Origin: Octopus sinensis
Taxonomy: Eukaryota
Reading direction: 5' to 3'
Assembly: GCF_006345805.1 (NCBI RefSeq)
Contig: NC_043004.1
Coordinates: 17,980,001 to 18,044,000, forward strand
Length of the DNA: 64,000 bases
Below, piece after piece: positions 52,484-64,000 of this stretch (position 1 is its first letter; each line of letters opens with the position of its first letter). The position numbers were made by a program, and so were the translations under genes. The notes beneath the pieces are model-generated. The model was not told the DNA's origin. It made no database searches and was given only the letters and a program-made list of their open reading frames with translations.

Positions 52484-54767
52484 CGGGCTTCTTTCAGTTT
52501 CCGTCTACCAAATCCACTCACAAGGCTTTGGTCGGCCCGAGGCTATAGTAGAAGACACTTGCCCAAGGTGCCTCGCAGTGGGACTGAACCCGGAACCATG
52601 TGGTTCATAAGCAAGCTACTTACTATACAGCCACTCCTACGCCTTAGCCATCTCCAAGTGTTGATCTTATCTTTTCCTTCGATTTCTCTGACGTATTGCC
52701 CATGCAGTGGTTTCATTTTCCAGTTGTTTACTATTTCTTTTTCATCTTGTTTCTCAAATGTTTGTGGCTGCATCATATTTTCGGTAGGTGTTATAGTGTT
52801 AATCCTAACAGCGGCAAGCAAGAATTCTCTCTGCTGTTTGCTGTACCATCCCAGACTGTTCTTCTCGTTGACGACCCAGATCTTGCATTCTGTGAAACCT
52901 CTTCCAACCCTATTTCTAGGCAGATACAGTCTGTTAGTATCACTTTTGGGGTGTAGTTCCTTGTCATCGCTTTTCTACTTTTCTTGTCCATTTCTTCAAG
53001 CTTTTTGTCCACCTAACAACACCTGCGCCATATCGCATTAAGGAAACAGCCCATCTGTTCATTGCCCTGATAATGTTTTTTCCATTAAGTCTTCTGAGAG
53101 ACTCTTGCCTAAAGCTTTCCTTCATTTCAATTTCCTTTGATTTTGTCGTATTCTAAAATCTCCAGATATTTATATCAATTAGTCTCAATATCTTTGATTT
53201 TCTCGCCGTTGGGTAGCTCTACATCATCAAACGACACTACTTTACCTCTTTGTATTATAAGCAAAACACACGTTTTGGTCCAAATTCCATTCCGATATCC
53301 TTACTGAAACTAGGCTATTTTCAAAGATCTTTAAATCATCCATATGTAACAAATGATTTAATTTTCCTCCACTTCCCGTAGTGTCTGTGTGAGGGGTATT
53401 ATATAAATCACAAACAGCAATGGTGATAGGCTATCTCCTTGAAATATGCCTCTCTTGATGTTAACTGTTACCAAAAATTTTCCAGCTTTTATTGATCTAA
53501 TAAAATTTGATATGTTATCAAACACCTGTACCAGTTCAAGACTATCTAAAATCCAGGAATGGAGGACCATGTCATACGCTTTCTCATAATCGATCCACGC
53601 CATGTCCAGATTACTAAGTCTTTTCTCGCGGTCGTTCCGTACCGTTCTGTCTATCAAGAGTTGCTCTTTTGTTCTTCGACTTTTTCTTCTGCACCCTTTC
53701 TGTTTCACAGGCAGTTTGTCCTTGATTTCCAGGAAGTTATATACATGATTAGATATTATTCCTGTCATCAGCTTCCACATCAGGGGCAAACAAGTGATAG
53801 GTCGGTTATTATCCACTGCATTACCTTTGTTGGGATTCATTTGGCAAATAATTGTTTTATCTGTGGTCAGCCACTTTGGGATTTGTACACCGTTGTTGAT
53901 CATTTTATGTATTTGCGTGGCTATTCTTCTGTGTAGTGTTGGGAAATTTGTCAGTCAGTATCCGTGTACCCTATCCGGTCCTAGGCATTCCCAGTTTGGG
54001 ATCTTTGTTGTCCGTTCGGTTACCATTTCAGTCGTTATTCTAATATTGCTCCATTTCACTTCATATTTTTCCGACCTTAATTCCTCCAACCATTTAGCAT
54101 CTTTGCTATGCTTTCTTTCATTATTCCAGATGTTACCCCAAGACATTTTACTTTCTCCAGCGTCTGGCCCCTCAGTGCTGTTAACCTTTCCATTCAGCTG
54201 CTGATAAACCCTTTTCTGGTCTTCTTGGAACAATCTGTTGATTTTATATTGTTCAATTCTTTGATCATATCTCTTCATCTTTGTCGCTTTAACCTGCAAT
54301 CGGTTTTTCAGATCTTCAAGAACTACATATAACCCCGCTTTTTATTTATTCTATATCTACGTTTTAGTGCCTGATATTTCTCTTCCCTCCTCATTTAACA
54401 TTTTTCTTTCTTTCCAAGATGTTAATATGTTTTCATAGTTCGTTCATTGATTGTTTTATTCTTCTTTTCCTTCAAGGTTCTTTTCCTTCATTCTTACATT
54501 TACAGTTTGGTTTCAGGCCTACTTTATTTCCTATATAGATGATGCAGGCTGTAATCAATCTATCTGTTCCAGTTATATTCTTTGTCTTGATTTCTTTCAG
54601 TATTTATTCACCTTCAGGGTCCACCCACTAAGCAAATTTCTATTTACTTCCCTGAATCCATTTATTTCCATATTCAGGTTTTTCTCAACGATACTATTAA
54701 TGTCTTTGATAATTTCTTTGTCTTCATTATTTAGTTCTTCTCTACGCTCAGTGCTTGAGACATTATA

Positions 54768-55333
54768 TTGGATTGTCCGGAAAGTTCGTGACGATTTATA
54801 GTAGCTAACCTTTCAACTTATTTTAGAACATGGCTGAGTCCATAAAATAGGATTTGACTACACCTCCATTTAGAGCACAGTTTAAGCTATCTTTTCGTGG
54901 AAGATGGTTTATATTCCTATAACCTGTGTTAATTCTGTAACCCTTTAAAATGGAAGATAAGAAAGTTCATTTTCGGCACTTGATGCTTTGGGAACAAGAC
55001 AAAAATTGCTGCAGCTCGGCTGGGATGTGTTACCCCACCCTCCATATTCATCAGATATTGCTCCTTCGGATTTCCTCTTATTCAGGTCTCTGCAGAATAG
55101 TCTTAATGGTAAAAATTTCAATTCCTTGGATGACGTAAACAGATACCTTGATGAATTCTTTGCCATGAAACCACCTCAATTCTGGGAAGAGGGTATTTTC
55201 AAGTTAAAGGAAAGATGGAGACGCACTGTGCAACAAAATGGTTCATATTTGGTCGATTAAAAATCCAATGGCAAGTATTTATTGACCTTTTTCTTTCCTT
55301 TAAAAATCGGCACGAACTTTCCGGACAACCTAA
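54768..55333 (+). mobile_element. Internally deleted mariner element inserted in the R4 ORF
   Basis: TIRs TTGGATTGTCCGGAAAGTTCGTG / CACGAACTTTCCGGACAACCTAA with TA TSD; N-terminal MEDKKVHFRH fused to C-terminal LGWDVLPHPPYSSDIAPSDF. Confidence 0.9.
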
Positions 55334-56030
55334 TACTTCTCTCGGTTGCTCTCATTAAGTGCAGCATCGTCAGAATTCTCTGTATCTGCTTCTGCATCAT
55401 TCCCCGTACTTTCGGTCATCACCCTCCTCCTAATCTCATCGAGCTCTGCTACTGTTAGCCATCCTTTCTTCCTTATTGCTCTTACTTGGACACAGAGTAT
55501 CTGTTCCGTAATATCCGAGCCCTGCTTCTCCATCCATATTTCATACATCCCCTTTCTATATCCTCTTATGGGTCTCCCTTCATTATCAGTAAGTTTACTC
55601 AAAAAGTAACACTCCATGACAGTTGTATTCATCGTCTTAGTCCATTCAGTTTTAGCAGCCGTATAATAACAACCGGGCCTGTGCTGCTCACCCACAGTCC
55701 GTCACCTGTAGCCCCGTTTGATTTACGCCGTTGTTTATGTTAATTCTATTGTTCATTACTCTCATGCTAAGGAAAGTGTTGATAAGGTTTCACAAACACC
55801 AGTAGTTTTATCGAGACACCATCTCCAGAGGACTTTGCCCTTCTCCCGTTAGATGTTTAAGTGAGCTATTCTGCGCTGGACACCAAACCCAGTGTTCAAT
55901 ACTCCACAGCTGGTGAATGGTGAATGAGTTGTTATTTGGATGGCCGTTGACTCCTTGTGTTTCATCCTGCAGAGTGGCCAAATAGCAAAAAGCACCCGCC
56001 TCACAAAGCAAATTCTGTGGGGTGGCCGGT

Positions 56031-56235
56031 TTATTATCATTATTAATAATATTATATGAAAAGTCACAGCTTATTTTGCTGGGAATGAGGGAAAGTGTCA
56101 GCTGTCCATAGCCAACAGACTAAGGTGACACTTGTCTACTGGTCAAGCTTCAAGAATCCTGCGAAGAATTCTTACAGTTCCAAATAATCCTGATTTTTGT
56201 AGGTGCTGCACCAATCTTTTTTAGCCATGTTGGTA
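56031..56235 (-). mobile_element. Very short 5'-truncated R4/Dong-like copy
   Basis: LQKSGLFGTVRILRRILEA stop, 3' UTR, TAA-rich tail abutting the 5' end of the long copy. Confidence 0.65.
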
Positions 56236-56277
56236 GTTGAGTCCTGATACTTCCGCACTCAACTTTGTTGTTGTTGT

Positions 56278-56285
56278 TATTATTA

Positions 56286-56341
<56 letters not shown>

Positions 56342-57150
56342 TATTATTATTATTATTATTATCATTATTATTATTGCCTTTGCACAGCTTCTAACGCTGT
56401 CTACAGTGTCAGCTGTTCACTACCAGTGAACAAATGTAACACCTTATTTTTCGAGCACCTTCGGGAGTATTCGAGCGGTTCCAAACAGTGCTGTTTTCTA
56501 TTGCAGCCCCTATTTGTCCCACGTACTTCTCGAGATTTTTGCTCACTGTTCCCAGGGCTCCGACAATTATTGGTACAACTGCTACCTTTTCCATCGACCA
56601 CAACTGTTTAACTTCCCAAGCTAACATGTCATATCTCTCAACTTTTCTTTCTTCCTTATCGCATACCTTTTCGTCAGCTGGGCATGTTATATCTATGATA
56701 CAGTAAAATTTGTTGTTTTTTTTTCTCAATTAAGACTATGTCCGGCTTCCTATTCTCTATCTCATGGTCGCACTAAATCATACAATCCCATAGGATCTTT
56801 GTATTTCCATTTTCGACGATGCCTTCAGGTTTGTGGTCGTACCAATGTTTTTCTCTGTCAAGTCCATACTTGTTGTAAAGTGTCCAATGAACAAGCCTGG
56901 CTATATTGTCCTGGCGTCTCTTATATTCCTTCTGGGCAAGTGGCGTAACGGTTTCATCGTTTTGTCCACAGATTCTGCACTTATCACTTTCTGATGTGTT
57001 GTATATTCTGTATTTTATGTAGTTTGTTTTTAGTACTAGCTCATGGGCAGCACAGATTAAACCCATGTTTCCGGTTTTAAATCATTTTTAGTCATCCACA
57101 GCCATGTTTTTTCTCTGTCTGTCATATTTTCAACATCCCAGTGAAACTAA
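56278..57150 (-). mobile_element. 5'-truncated R4/Dong-like copy with (TAA)n tail
   Basis: GLICAAHE..LKTNYIK..CRICG..RKPDIVLIE..IIDITCP..VVPIIVGALG; (TTA)n at 56278-56375 on +. Confidence 0.85.
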
Positions 57151-57286
57151 CCATGCATTCTTTTCTTTATCCACCTATTTTCAGTGTCATTCGTTTTCAA
57201 TTTCTTGTATAGTGCTTTATCTTTGCAATCTTTCAACCTACACAAGCCTGACCTTCTTCCTTTATTATAATTATTATTATGAAAAC

Positions 57287-57515
57287 ACATGGCTTAGTTG
57301 TTAGGGTGTCGTACTCACGATCGCTGTGTTCTTGAGCAAAACACTTCATCTCGCTTTGCTCTGCTACCACTTCGACACCTGGTGCGTGGCACACCATGCT
57401 CCTATTCAGACAGCGTCGATTTGATTGGAGAGACCGAACTAATGTGCGACGCGAACATTTGATCACTATCAAAGCGAATCATTTATGCAGGGTGCTCGGC
57501 AAAAGCTGAACGCAC
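57287..57515 (+). mobile_element. Degenerate SINE related to family C
   Basis: TGGCTTAGTTGTTAGGGTG..CTCACGATC..GTGTTCTTGAGCAAAACACTT. Confidence 0.5.
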
Positions 57516-57744
57516 AAAATCAAGTTTTGAGTTCGAATCCGCTCTAATAATGCATATCATAGAAATGGACCTGAGATACGGAAGGGTTTCCAGCATTGCA
57601 ATGGATTTAGAAGGAGAGCTTGCAAAACCTCTGAGCTGCTCCTGTAGTTTCTACACGGGACAAAAGCATCTCTGATGTTTATTTTCCCTTCACATAAGTA
57701 CGACGTTCACATTATCAAGCTTCTGGAACTCTTATGGAGTACCA

Positions 57745-57749
57745 TTCCT

Positions 57750-57782
<33 letters not shown>

Positions 57783-58120
57783 CTATCCACTCTTCCTCCC
57801 TCTCTTTCCCTCTTTCTCCCTCTCTCTTTCTCTCTCTCCCTCTCAATCTTTCCTCGTTCTCCCCCTCTATCATCTATCTATCTATCTATCTGTCTTCCTC
57901 AATCTCAAGCTTTCTCAGTCTCTCCCTCTCTCTCTCTCTCTCTCTACACCCACACACACACACACTCTCTCTCTATCTATCTTCTCTTCCTCCCTCCTTT
58001 CCCTCTCAATCATTCCCCCTTCTCCCACTCTATCATCTATCTATCATCTATCTGTCTATCTCCCTCTCAATCTTTCTCTCTCTTTCTCTCTCTCTCTACA
58101 CACACACTCTCTCTCTACAC

Positions 58121-58155
<35 letters not shown>
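57745..58155. repeat. CT/CTAT/CA complex pyrimidine-rich microsatellite
   Basis: Directly visible. Confidence 0.9.
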
Positions 58156-58157
<2 letters not shown>

Positions 58158-59139
58158 AGAAAACACCTGCAATAGTGAACTAAATAATTGATGAGTTGAA
58201 TATCTGCTAACAAAAGACCGGTCAAATGTGTTGTTGACTAATTTCATTGAACATGTCTTGGAACCAAACAACCGAACATAGTGGAGGGGAGAGGCGCCAT
58301 TGGCATGAGGGGGGAAGGGTGTTCTGGGAGGATGTATAGCATGATGGGAAAGGCTGGAGCGAAACAACGAGGAGACAACAATATATTCCTACAAAGCGTC
58401 CTAGATATGAATATAATCATTATTGAAGATAAAGAAAGAGATATTTAAATAACTTATTGGTTGTTGCTACTGCAATGGAGAGAGAGAGAAAGAAAGAGAG
58501 AGGAAAGGAGGAGAGAGATGTTATGAGACAGAGATGGAGTCTTTAGATTTATAACACGACATAAGAGAACAAACTGCTTTCTTTAAACAATTTACCATTA
58601 TTCTACTGTAAGTATGAACTTACAACAACAGTATTATCAACATTATCGTCGTTTACATTATCACAGAATCAGAGTTGTAACTATCTTTCATACTGTCTAA
58701 ATCATCATCATCAGCAACAACAACATAATACGTAGCGTTGCCAGAAGTCATGATTAAATCTGTACTATAATAAAGAAAATATAATTAATAAACGAGATCA
58801 TAGGATATTGCACAACGAAATTTATATATATATAATTTATGTATGTCATTATTCAGTTTATTTCAAGATTTCTTACCAATAGAGAAAGAACCGGTTTCTA
58901 ACCTAGATCCCAGGTTCTTTCATTAGAATTTCAACATCAACAACTGGGTGTTTTTGTATGTATGTATGTATAGATTTGTTTGTTTTATGTATGTATTCTC
59001 ATGCATATAGCTGCATATCTAGATATGCTCATATATTAATATATATATATAATGATAAACTTCTGGAAAGTTTTACAGACTTTTACAGTTCCGGTTATGG
59101 AACAGAGGAATCGGAATCAGATTTCGGACATCTGGTCAC

Positions 59140-60571
59140 ATTTTTAATTTGACCCGGTTTAACTGCAAAGCAAAGACTTTCAAAACACTTGTTAGAGAAT
59201 CACTTTATGCTAACGATGCTGATTTGTTGACACACTCAGACGGAGATATATAACATTTAATGGACAGATTTTCCACTGCATGTATACATTTCGGACTCAC
59301 AGTTCATCTGGGGGAAACCAAAGTCATGTTTACTCTTGTACCAGGACAAACATATTCTGAACCAAACATTTTTGTGAATGGAACAGTGTTAGAAGACGTT
59401 GACACTTTTGTTTACCTTGGAAGCACACTGTCAAGAGATGGTAGTTTTGATGCAGAGATATACTATCGAATAGGGAAGGGAAGTGTTGCATTTGGAAAGC
59501 TCGAAAAGTGAGTATGGGTGGATAGAGGTATTTCCCTGTAGACAAAAATCAGTGTCTATAAAGCATGTGTATTGTCTACACTTCTTTATTCAAATGAGAC
59601 AAGAACTACTTACAAGCGTCATATAAAAATGCTGGAGAGATTTCATCAAAAGTGCCTCATACATATCTTAGGAGTCAAGTGGGAATGTTTCATACCAGAT
59701 ACAGAGAGGTTTTGCGCATGGCAGGTTACAGCTCAGTTGAACAACATGTTATCTTGGTTCAAATTGGATGGATAAGACATGTTATTAGAATGAAAGATGA
59801 CCGATTGCCGTATTTTTTTATGGTGAACTCAACTCTGGCAAGCGACCACAACATGAGCCGAGAAAAAGGTATAAATACTGTGTGAAGGAAAATCTGAAGA
59901 AGCTAGATATAATCAAAAGTGATTAGGAAAATGATGTTCTAGATCGGAACAAATGGAGAGGTGTTGTTAGGACTGGTTGCAATGTCTGGGAGGAAAAGAT
60001 GATTCAGCACTCTGAACTTAAAAGGACCTGTCGCAAAGGAACAATTGGAGCTGTAATCAACAGTGAACATTGGATATGTATGATATGTGGCCGTATTCTG
60101 TTGTCAAACACAGGATACGTGAATCATATGAAGCCACATGAAAATCGTAATGCCCAGATAGGTAATGATCTTGTACACCGACTTCCTCTTACAACTTGTT
60201 TCTTGCAACTTATGTCAAAAAAATTGAAAGACAATATCTGGACTTAAAAGGCATATGCTAGTTCACAAAAGCATTCCTTCAGAATCAGATTCCAAAGGGC
60301 AAAGATATAGAAGAAACTTGAATAATATCTGTCACTTGTGTTTTGAACTCTGTCAGTCAGCAGCTGGTCTTAAAAATCATTTAAGGGCTCATCAACGGAA
60401 TGAGTGTGCTGTGTGATGGGGTGTGGTGGTTGATGGGACGGCTATCATCTGTGAAGATGAAGCGATCACCAGGGATGTATAATCAACGGAATGAGTGTGC
60501 TGTATGATGGGATGTGGTGTTGATGGGACGGCTATCATCTGTGAAGATGAAGCAATCACCAGGGATGTATA
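59140..60571 (+). mobile_element. 5'-truncated RTE (BovB-like) LINE with C-terminal C2H2 fingers and a duplicated 3' end
   Basis: LYANDA, DRFSTAC..FGLTV..KTKVM-like, FVYLGSTLS, LLYSNET, LERFHQKCL motifs; zinc-finger-like motifs at ~60075, ~60205, ~60330; 91-bp tandem duplication 60391-60571. Confidence 0.8.
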
Positions 60572-60624
60572 AATGTATATCGCGCAAACTATTTTTCCGA
60601 GGTTTCTAATGCGGCTGACAGCAC

Positions 60625-60854
60625 ATATATATCTTTTCTCTTATCTTTTACTGGTTTCAGTCCTTTGGTCGCAGCCATACCGGAGCGCCGGCTTTTTAGT
60701 CGAACAAATCGACCCCAGGACTTATTCTTTGTAAGCCTAGTACTTATTCTATCGGTACCTTTAGCCGAACTGCTAAGTCTCGAGGACGTAAAGACACCAA
60801 CATCGGTTGTCAAGCGATGGTGGGTGGGACAAACACAGACACAAATGCATACAT

Positions 60855-60940
<86 letters not shown>

Positions 60941-61965
60941 GTATGTGTGTGTGTGTATGAGGTGAGGACGGAAATTCTTCAAAGGGATGTCAAACAAACA
61001 AGTCCGCCGGTACAGTCCAAGCAAAGAATATATATATATAAAAATATATATTGAGTATTTTCAAAAACAATAAATTAAGTATAAGGAAAGGAAAAGTTGT
61101 AGGCGTAAACGATCTATAATTCAGTGTCCAGGCTGGTACAGAACCAATATACATTCCACGAATTGTTTCGGAGTCTAATTAATTCCAAAGACAAAGACGA
61201 AAAACTCACCATGAAATACATATTAGATTTTACTCTTTACTCTTTTACTCTTTTACTCTTTTACTTGTTTCAGTCATTTGACTGCGGCCATGCTGGAGCA
61301 CCGCCTTTAGTCGAGCAAATCGACCCCGGGACTTATTCTTTGTAAGCTCAGTACTTATTCTATCGGTCTTTTTTGTCGAACCGCTAACTGACGGGGACAT
61401 AAACACACCAGCATCGGTTGTCAAGCAATGCTAGGGGGACAAACACAAACACACAAACATACACACATATATATATACGACAGGCTTCTTTCAGTTTCTG
61501 TCTACCAAATCCACTCACAAGGCATTGGTCAGTCCGGGGCTATAGCAGAAGACACTTGCCCAAGATGCCACGCAGTGGGACTGAACCCGGAACCATGTGG
61601 TTGGTTAGCAAGCTACTTACCACACAACCACTCCTGCGCCTCAATAAAAATATATAAAGACCTTTCATAGCCCAGACGGGAACGAACAGATAATTATTAT
61701 GTGTTCGTTCCCGTCTGGGCTATGAAAGGTCTTTATATATTTTTGCTGGTCATAATTATTCATACCAGTCTGTAATTCCTGACGAAGAATCTAATTTGTA
61801 TTTCATGGTGAGTTTTTCGTCTTTGTCTTTGGAATTAATTAGGCTCCAAAAAAAAAAAAACAATTTGTAGAATGTATATTGGTTCTGTACCAACATGGAC
61901 ACTGAATTAAAGATAGCCTACAGCAACAATTTTTCCTTTCCTTATACTTCATACACACACACACA

Positions 61966-62016
<51 letters not shown>

Positions 62017-62150
62017 CATATATGACGGACTTCTTTCAGTTTTCGTCAACCAAATCCAGTCATAAGGCTTTGGTCGGCCCGAGGTTATAGTAGAAGACCT
62101 GGAACCATGTGATTGGGAAGCAAGCTTCTTACCACACAGCCACTCCTGTG
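60625..62150 (-). mobile_element. SINE-A split (body ~60625-60845; head ~62022-62150) by a ~1-kb inverted-repeat insert (60956-61950) that contains a young SINE-A (61231-61640)
   Basis: Halves in correct order; insert arms 61077-61230 and 61786-61950 are reverse complements. Confidence 0.72.
61646..61744. repeat. Perfect hairpin, 43-bp stem, 13-nt loop
   Basis: AAAAATATATAAAGACCTTTCATAGCCCAGACGGGAACGAACA-GATAATTATTATG-reverse complement. Confidence 0.95.
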
Positions 62151-62155
62151 CATAT

Positions 62156-62223
<68 letters not shown>

Positions 62224-62244
<21 letters not shown>

Positions 62245-62420
62245 TTTCGTCTGTCGTTAGGTGCTGAGTTCAAATTCCGCCGAGGTCGACTTTGCCTTTC
62301 ATCCTCTCGGGGTCGATAAATAAAGTACCGGTTATGTACTGGGGTCGATGTAATCGACTTAATCCTTTTGTCTGTCCTTGTTTGTCCTCTCTATGTATAG
62401 CCCCTTGTGGGTAGTAAAGA
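62224..62420 (+). mobile_element. SINE-B module, head missing
   Basis: GAGTTCAAATTCCGCCGAGGTCGAC..GCCCCTTGTGGGTAGTAAAGAAAT. Confidence 0.8.
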
Positions 62421-62619
62421 AATATATATATATATATACAAATACATGAGCGCGCAAACACAGATAAGTGGTTTGCTTCCCAGCTAGATGGTTCCAGATT
62501 CAGTCCTGCTGCGTGGTACCTTGTGCAAGTATCTTTTATAATGGCGTCGAGTCGGCCAAGGCCTTCTGAGTAGATTATTTATTTATTTATGGAGGAATGT
62601 GTGAGAGGTGATATGCATA

Positions 62620-63180
62620 CACACATGCAGTCGTACATACACATATACACGCATACATATATGTATATTACCTCTCACAAATACCTCAATGCTACAACAC
62701 ACCCTACAAATACATTGCGCATATAGATCTCTCTTTTACCACCCACATATACTATACCTCTACGTACACAAACACATACAAACACCGACATCGTGAACTC
62801 TCCACTTACCCTCTATCGCTCTTCCCTCCTTTTCTCTTCAACTCCATTCTTTCCTCGAACCCCTCTCCCTTTATCGCTTTCTCTCCTTCACTCTCACACT
62901 TCCTACTTACTCTCCCTCTCCATCCACCATTCTCAAATGTAACCTTATTGTGACCCAGATTGTGTCTCCACTTCCAGTCGCCGTCTTTCCTGTTAATTTC
63001 CTTATTACCTGAGGTCTGTCGTGTGAACAGTAGCATATATAATTTTCTCTTTTTCTTGCCTTTCAATTTCTTTTCCTGTTCTTTTATCTCTCTTTGACAA
63101 AGCGCCTCATCCGAAACGTCAGATTTTCTTCTGTTTCTTCCCTTTGTATATTGTACACTTCTTTGCTATTGTTTCGCTTT
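62620..63180 (+). mobile_element. Probable PLE 3' UTR/pLTR relic with degenerate hammerhead motif at 63091-63123
   Basis: Pyrimidine-rich tract like that of the 30947-32703 PLE; TCT-TTGACAA-AGCG..CC-GAAAC-GTC-AGA. Confidence 0.45.
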
Positions 63181-63599
63181 ATATGTCTACGCTTTTTCAG
63201 GCAAATGCATTCATTTGTCTGAATCCGCGTAGTAATTTTTGTTACTCTCCTCTACCTCAAATTTTACTCGTATTTGTGGGATTTTTACACACAACACATT
63301 TATATGAGTGCATGTGTGTGTATACATGCCTGTAAGTACGTGTGTATGTACATGTGTGTGTATGTGTTTGAGTGTACGTTCAACGCATAAGTAGAACAGA
63401 CGAGCGTAGAACAGGACTAAGTTCAAGTCAGAGCATTATTTCTGGTTGTAAATGCTGACTACATCAAGTCTTGTTATTCTAATCCCGTTTCCGATTATTA
63501 GATTGGATGTCAAGTGTTAGTCTGATGATCAGAAGAGTGCGAAATTCGAATAACCAGACATGAAGTAATAATTGCTACAACTATGTGTGTGTATATATT

Positions 63600-64000
63600 A
63601 TTCTTTTAAAAGAATAGTGTTGATAGTGACTTCGAAGCTTCGGATCGCTTAGCCTTCATTGGTTTGTGATATATTTGAGTTCATATTGGCTTTATATAAT
63701 CTCTAGCAAGATTTTTTGGTAGGGTGGGGCCTGTACGTGGAACTCTTGAATAATAATTAGGTTGTAGGGTAATCTCTGGTGGAAAGATACTAGAGACAGC
63801 TGTAATCAAAGTTGGTGTTGTGTTGCTTAGAGTTCAGTGCTGCGTGTAAAACTGTAATCGATATTTAGGTGTGTCAGCTTCGGGTCTTGGGGGTCGTATT
63901 TTAGGGTTCATAAAAGAATGCAGATTAGGGAAAAAGTTAGTTGGTCGACAGATGTGTAGCTAAGTTTAATCGTTGTTGATGCTATCTGAACACTGATGGG
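63600..64000 (-). mobile_element. Possible highly decayed PLE coding relic
   Basis: AC-rich frame with SIFPPEITLQPNYYSRVPR..PKNL resembling the RT-EN linker; hammerhead-like motif adjacent at 63515-63559 (+). Confidence 0.3.

Larger units (their letters stand above)
45229..52643 (-). mobile_element. SINE-A inserted in the R4 ORF, itself split (body 45229-45445; head 52481-52643)
   Basis: Halves in correct order, with ends precisely at the R4 break points. Confidence 0.8.
44325..56030 (-). mobile_element. Full-length R4/Dong-like non-LTR retrotransposon split by nested insertions (own sequence: 56030-55334, 54767-52642, 45228-44325)
   Basis: N-terminal WTKTMNTTVMECYF..GYRKGMYEIW; RT motifs (WIDYEKAYD, GIFQGDSLSPLLF); CCHC + RRPDIVVVD..IVDIAIP RLE; (TAA)n tail; joining 52642 to 45228 restores WRWLR-KSNLRGCTEALICSAQ in frame. 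Confidence 0.88.

Noticed and set aside
46601-52548. Long overlapping ORFs (up to 458 aa) of PTEIKEGCRQRSKRGADRDQRG repeats
   Set aside because: All three + frames are open because the repeat unit lacks stop codons, and variable unit length shifts frame constantly; no evidence of coding.
55900-56030. HDV-like ribozyme at the R4 5' end
   Set aside because: Expected by analogy with R2/R4 elements, but I could not assemble P1/P1.1/P2/P3 by eye; needs an RNArobo/Infernal search.

Overview
AT-rich, microsatellite-dense animal genomic DNA made almost entirely of transposable elements and repeats. The SINE families look like those of Octopus (recognition-based inference). No host protein-coding exon could be supported, and almost all listed ORFs are microsatellite or minisatellite artefacts. 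Contents: two main tRNA-derived SINE families plus a third type, several with tandem or split structure; a near-complete Neptune-type Penelope-like element (PLE; RT plus GIY-YIG) with pseudo-LTRs and an inverted partial copy, plus other PLE relics; a full-length R4/Dong-like non-LTR element split by nested insertions, with further R4 copies; RTE fragments; an L1/Tx1-like ORF1; Tc1/mariner elements (DD37D, DD36E, deleted mariner); non-autonomous Helitron-like elements; a 5.65-kb ~22-bp minisatellite; several palindromes. The most interesting signal is a set of minimal type I hammerhead ribozyme (HHR) motifs: three identical copies with a compensatory U3:A8 core in the PLE terminal repeats, one canonical-core orphan at 8065-8137, and several degenerate ones. 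Also notable is a multi-level nested insertion at 44.3-56.0 kb, and repeated use of a SINE's internal microsatellite as an insertion site.
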